Below, piece after piece: positions 58,567 to 64,000 of a stretch of DNA of 64,000 nt; position 1 is the first letter of the stretch, and each line of letters begins with the position of its first letter. The position numbers and the translations under genes are program-made. The notes beneath the pieces are model-generated. The model was not told the origin of the DNA and ran no database searches. It was given only the letters and a program-made list of their open reading frames with translations. The stretch lies in NCBI GenBank assembly GCA_964252035.1, contig OZ176208.1; one strand, 5' to 3'. The DNA is from Podarcis erhardii (lineage: Eukaryota).

Positions 58567-58932
58567 CAGGGGCCAGCAAACTGACCGTGCCTCGGGCCGG
58601 TGTCTCCAGCGCTGGCGGCGGGCCGGAGGAGCGCGTGCCCACACGCGTGTGCACACGCTATTTCTGGCGCGCTTCCGGGTCGGAGGAGCACCGGAAAAAG
58701 CTTGTGCGCATGTGTACAGGTCTCCTCCGACCCAGATGTGCACCAGTAATAACGCCTGTGCATGCGCAAATAACGCTTGCATATGCCCACAAGCTATTTC
58801 TGGTGCTCCTCCGCCCTGAAAGTGGGCAGCCGTGCAGCACAGCGCTGGTAAGAGCAGGCAGTGGCAGCGGGTGGCAGGGATTGCCGCGGGCCGGATAAAC
58901 GAGTCCCTTGGGCCTTAGTTTTGGGACCCCTG
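58567..58932. mobile_element. hAT-type MITE, CpG-rich
   Basis: Perfect 8-bp TSD GATTAGAG (58559-58566, 58933-58940); ends CAGGGGCCAGCAAACT...AGTTTTGGGACCCCTG. Confidence 0.88.
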
Positions 58933-59765
58933 GATTAGAGAACTGGGCCAAAACTAACAAAATGAATTTCAGTAGGTACAAATGAAGGTTCTACACTTAA
59001 GCAGGAATAATCAGATGCACGGATATAATATGATGGACACCTGACTTTCCAGCATGATCTGGCAAGTTAACAGTGTGATGCAGTAGCAAAAAAAGGCTAA
59101 AGTTCTTCTAAGCTGCATCACTCTATTCTGCCTTGATCAGACCACACCTGGAATCCTGTGTCCAGTTCTGGGCACAACAGTTTAAGAAGGATATTGACAA
59201 GGAGGGTGACCAAGATGATCAAGGCAACCCTAGCTAGCAGGACCAGTGGTCAGGAATGGACCAGTGATGGGAAACAAAGTGGACCAGTGATGGGAATTGT
59301 AATCCCAAAACATCTGGAGGGCCGAGTTTGCCTATGTCTGATCAAGGGTCTGGAAACAAAGCCTGATGAGGAACGGTTGAGATAATTTAGTCTGGATAAG
59401 AGGAGACTGAGAAGAGATATGAAAGCCATCTTCAACTATCTTTAGAGATGTTCCATGGAGAATGGAGCAAACTTGTTTTCTCTTGCTCTGGAGGGGAGGA
59501 CTCAAACCAATGGCTTCAAGTTACAAGAAAGGAGATTCCAACTAAACATCAAGAAGAACTTTCTGACAGTCAGAGCTGTTGGACAGTAGAACAGATTCCC
59601 CCTGGGGGTGGTGGACTCTCCTTCATTGGTGGTTGTTAAGCAGAGGCTGGATGGCCATCTGTCATGGATGCTTAGTTGAGATTGCTGCAGTACAAGGGTT
59701 GGACTAGATTACCCTCAAGGTCACTTCCAACTCTACAATTCTATGGTTCTGTAGGATTCTATGGG
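58933..59765 (+). mobile_element. CR1 3' portion (decayed), with a short MITE fragment at ~59240-59340
   Basis: GAGAACTGGGCCAAAACTAACAAAATGAATTTC...CACACCTGGA..CTGTGTCCAGTTCTGGGCAC...CCAACTCTACAATTCTATG. Confidence 0.85.
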
Positions 59766-60856
59766 GTTACCATAGGACCCCAATTACCAGTATATTAAAT
59801 TTACCGGAAGCTGGTGTTAGCGACTGCCAGCACAGGAGGCTCCATAGGAAAGCTAAACTGTTTTGCTACATCTCAAATCTTCCCTGTCTTCAAATATTCC
59901 TCATTGTAGGATGAAGAACAGTATCTAAAAGGACAGCTTTCATTCCATTATACAATACAAAGGTCTCTGTGCTGAAATGTTGATTCTCAGGAAAGATTAG
60001 ACATCTTTTTAGTTCGCCAAACACAAAGTGTAATAATCTGTCCTAAGTATGCAATCCAAACTCAGCTCCTAGAAACATATATCTGATGGAAACCACAAGC
60101 TGAATTCACCAGAGTTAATGGGTGGGTGAGTAAGTTGAAGGCAGTGCTTCCTGCAATTAAAACATATGGATTCAAATCAGAAGGTTACAGTTACCAACCA
60201 AGATGCTAGAAACTATTTAAGTCTCCGCAGAGCAGGCACAAGTGAATTCTTTGTTGTTCTAAAGTTTATTTTATTATGCTAGAACTTTAGCAATTGGTTT
60301 GAAATTGAAGTGAGAAAGGCTCAAGCCCACCGGGTTTACTGTTTTCTGCTAACATATGGACTATTATCCAGGTTTCAAAGCGGCCACCAAAGAAGGCTGT
60401 TTCCAAAGCTGTAGCAGGATAGCAATCTAACACCCCTCCTGAATGAAAAGAATGAATACAACTTTTCAGCTCACAAATGAGGTAGATTAGCTGCAGTTTT
60501 TTTAGTCCTGTGTGCAAATGCTCCCCAAAATGTCTCTCAGACAGGCTCCCTCTCTCCCTCCACAGCAGCCGTCTGGAACGATTGCTAATAAATGGCAGAG
60601 GAGGAGTCAAGGAAAACTTGTCTTTCAGTCCAGCCAAGAAAGGGACAGTATTTGATTGCTGATGTGTGATGGTGGCAATGAGCATCTGACAGTATTGATA
60701 ACCAATGTAAAAATGTGGGTTGCTGTAGTTTTCAGACTTTCTTCATGGAAAACTTTTCACACTGAATTATTAGCCAATGGACTCCAGATATCTGGTGCAG
60801 GTAAACTTGAAGGTATCTCCTAGGGTTGTGTTCTTCAACACTGGTTCCTCAGGTAC

Positions 60857-61065
60857 TAGGGCTGACATATTTCAAAAAGTAAAAACCAGGACACCCCGCA
60901 AGTTGAGCTTATTTTAGGAACCCTGCCCCCCCAAAAAGCCCATGGGTTTTTTTTGTTTACTTGCCAAAGGTCCAAGACAAACCAGAAATCCCCACGCCCC
61001 AGACATTACTTCCCCCTTTCAAGTCCTGGTAATGTCTGGGAAATCTGGGGTATATGGCAGCCCTA
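60857..61065. mobile_element. MITE with TAGGGCTG(A/C)CATA-type TIRs (PIF/Harbinger-like)
   Basis: TAGGGCTGACATAT (60857) and ATATGGCAGCCCTA (ending 61065) form inverted termini. Confidence 0.65.
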
Positions 61066-61232
61066 CCCAGCACCCCTGACAATTTGATAAGCTCACTCAG
61101 CCACACAAATTGGCAGCTGCGTGAATGGGCCCTGCACACAGCAGACTGCAATAGTGTCCTGTCTGATCAGTGGGCAGTGCCAGAGAGCCATCTTCCTGAC
61201 CCCCGTGTTGCTGCTGCTTAATGGGACAAGGG

Positions 61233-61235
<3 letters not shown>

Positions 61236-61276
<41 letters not shown>
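61236..61276. repeat. (GT)n microsatellite
   Basis: Direct reading. Confidence 0.95.
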
Positions 61277-61279
<3 letters not shown>

Positions 61280-61477
61280 AGGTTGGGAGTGTGCAGACAC
61301 CCACCCTTTCGCATCAGGAAACAATAATACAATACTCTGTTATTTGTTGTAAATTTGTTTATTAGCTTTGTATGCTATTAAAAGTGTCAGTTAGAATATA
61401 TATCTCTTGCCCCCCGCTCCAAAAAAAACCTGGTCAGGCCATATGAGCTCAGCTAGAAACATAAAGACATCAGCCGT

Positions 61478-61583
61478 GGAGGCTGGCTGGCCACCTGTCA
61501 GGGATTCTTTGGCTATTATTCCTGCATTACAGAGGGTTGGACTAGATGACCCTTGGGTCCCTTCCAACTCTACGATTCTATGA
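61478..61583 (+). mobile_element. CR1 3' tail fragment
   Basis: GGCCACCTGTCAGGGAT...GGACTAGATGACCCTTGGGTCCCTTCCAACTCTACGATTCTATG. Confidence 0.8.
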
Positions 61584-61592
61584 AAATTGTGT

Positions 61593-61644
<52 letters not shown>
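61593..61644. repeat. Compound (CA)n(GA)n microsatellite
   Basis: Direct reading. Confidence 0.95.
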
Positions 61645-61647
<3 letters not shown>

Positions 61648-64000
61648 TTATCACAACATTAGAGCTAGAGATGCTTGAATCCCATCCTTCTGTTTCTGTG
61701 CAGTTTTTTTACTTTTCTGCCTTCTTGCCTCAGATATTCACAGAAAATCCATGGAGTACCTCAGATATCCCTTCTGTTAAGAACTGCAGGCATAAATTGC
61801 ACATTAAAACCAGCATCCAAATGTAGATCCATCTTCACTTTTAAACCCACAGGAAGCTTGTGTGAGAATTTTTGCATCTAGCCACCAATTTCCCTCCTCT
61901 TAATTAAAACTTAAATCAAAGAAACTGGGTTGAAGTTAATTACAATAACCATGTAAAAAAAAAAAAAATCAAACCTGCCGGATTACTGCTGCATCCCTGA
62001 GTACAGCAGCGAGGAAGAGCTGGAGACTTAATTCAGTTCTCTGGGTTCTCTGGCCTTACAGCATTTTAACAGCTTTCTCATGTCTGAATAGAACTGAGCT
62101 GAATTTGAAGCCAAGCAAGCTCTTTATCTCTTTTTATTTTGAATAGGCAAGGTTTCTGGAGGCAGAGATTTCGATTGTCAAGGGTCCTGAGTTATGCGTT
62201 AAGGGTAGAGATGCCAGTGTAGATCTGAGAGTTTAACTTTCAGGAGGTAGCAAAAAAGACTTTTTGTTGTAAAGATCCCTGGCTTCTTGACTCCCAGCTG
62301 TAAGAAATCTTTGTTTCTTTCTCTTCCTTAGTGAAAAAGGAGATTATCTACTGCAGAGCACCTATTATTTTACCTTTTCATTCACTGTAAACTCTGTTTT
62401 CATGCTTGTTGCTTCTTTCTATGCAGTCGCACTTGGTGCTAAATGCTGACCTTTACTTTGTTGCCAGAGTAAATGTAGACCATTTTACCACTTCAAAGGA
62501 CAAGCCCTGGACTTTTCAACATTTAAAAGCCAGCTGGCATGGATATTTACCTGTCTACAGTAACATCTAACTACTTGTCAACTGTAACTTGGCTAACATA
62601 CTACCAAAATAAAACTCTTTTCAAAAGCTAGTCCAATGGTCATTTACTTCATTGTGAAGATGGCAGGATCCCAGCCAGTTGTGGGTAAGTTATAGTTGTT
62701 TGTAGCAGAAAGGGTTAGGTTTGCTTTGCTTCAGGCCATATCTACCTAAGGGGATGGAATCTGACTTTCATGTAGCATTAACAAATGTTCTCTCCACCCC
62801 CTTTTCTTTTCTTTTGAAAGTCCATTTAACTCTGCTTTGTCATTCCATCTGGAAACGAAAGAGCTATGGGGTGATGGGTTTGCATTCTGTTTCACTAGCA
62901 GAAGATGAAGGAACAAAATTTATCTCCTGGTGTCTGCCATTCCCTTAGATCAATGCAATGAGATTGATTTCTCTGTGCTTTAACAGAAGAAAAAAGAATA
63001 AACAAAATGAACTGTATTAGGGCCTCCTTACATAATCAGACATCGTGGGATAACAATGGTTTCTATGTACTGCATGCTTTTTAAAAAAAACTAAAGGGAA
63101 AGAGGGAATTAGCGGTCCAAGTCTGGGGACCCTGAGCAAGAGCTTGGGTTTCTTGAGTTGTTCTCTCTCATCTACAATAAAACAATAACTGGATGGTCTT
63201 CTCTAGTGGATGGAGTTCATAATTTCATCAAGGGCCTATGACCTTGGACCAAACTACTTTAGGATCATCTGCCTTAGATATCTGTGCTACCCTGGCACAT
63301 GGTAACATAGTTTTACCACACAGCAGCGGTACAGGTGAAGTAAAAAATGTGGTACAATGTGTACAACTGTGCTTGTTTGACCTGCCCACCCCGACCAGAA
63401 AATAATTCAAGGAAAATAACAATGTGATGAGCACTTCCCAAGTTGTAACAAAGTGGTGTACAATGTAAATGACTGGGAAGAATCACTGTCTGCATCATTC
63501 AGCCAACTCACAAGGAGAATTTTACTACAAAACAGGCGTGGTCAAGAATATGGCTAACTCCTTGGAGAATTTAGTATTATTTTCGTTTGTGCACCAGGAC
63601 TTCCGGAACAGACAGGCTTGGCTGGAGATACTTTTAGTAAGGTGCTAACACCAACTAAAGTGTTAGGAGATTAATTATTTCAAATCAATTTTAATCAGTG
63701 ATTACCTTGGTGCTCCTCACCCAGCAAAGATGACAGGGCAACACATAATGTTTAAAAAAAATCACCCCAGTGATTAGCCATACTGCCTTTCAAGCTTTGG
63801 ACCAGTGGTGAGACTTGATACGGCCTTTATCAGTTGCTGAAATGCTGCATTAGCAAGTAAGCAGTAAATTATGTCTAAAGTAATTAAACAGCACCTAAGC
63901 AAAGGACTGGAGGAGAAATTGAATAGCGGGTGGGAATAAAAGCAAACGAGAGAGATTCTGCTTAGGCATTTTTATCAGGCAGTTACTTATCATCTTCCAG

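Noticed and set aside
58269-58981. 209-aa and 107-127-aa ORFs
   Set aside because: They arise from the GC-rich hAT MITE at 58567-58932; no transposase motifs.

Overview
Vertebrate genomic DNA, not prokaryotic: a squamate reptile, probably a lacertid lizard (inferred from the Sauria SINE, CR1, L1, L2 and MITE repertoire). The only host gene is MSX1, whose exon 1 lies on the minus strand (CDS 1098->627, GTAAGT donor at 626-621). Intron 1 runs off the left edge and the homeobox exon 2 is outside the window. The remaining ~63 kb is the upstream gene desert. About 1-10.8 kb is a CpG-rich, nearly TE-free regulatory domain holding the promoter, candidate proximal and distal enhancers and a second promoter-like island. 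Beyond ~11 kb the sequence is CpG-poor and TE-rich, with two N gaps. The most unusual observations are: (i) an overlapping uORF whose stop codon overlaps the second in-frame MSX1 AUG (AUGA); (ii) a TSD-bounded 1.87-kb L1-like element with a single ORF and no ORF2 (HAL1-like); (iii) a young CR1 whose parts lie in permuted order A-C-B, with a nested L1 3' UTR; (iv) a 91-bp Penelope-type fragment carrying a minimal hammerhead ribozyme core; (v) a complex X-U-Y-X'-Y' local duplication; (vi) hAT MITE TSDs sharing the nnnTAnnn (Buster-type) target signature. No database searches or folding programs could be run, so family names come from motif recognition.
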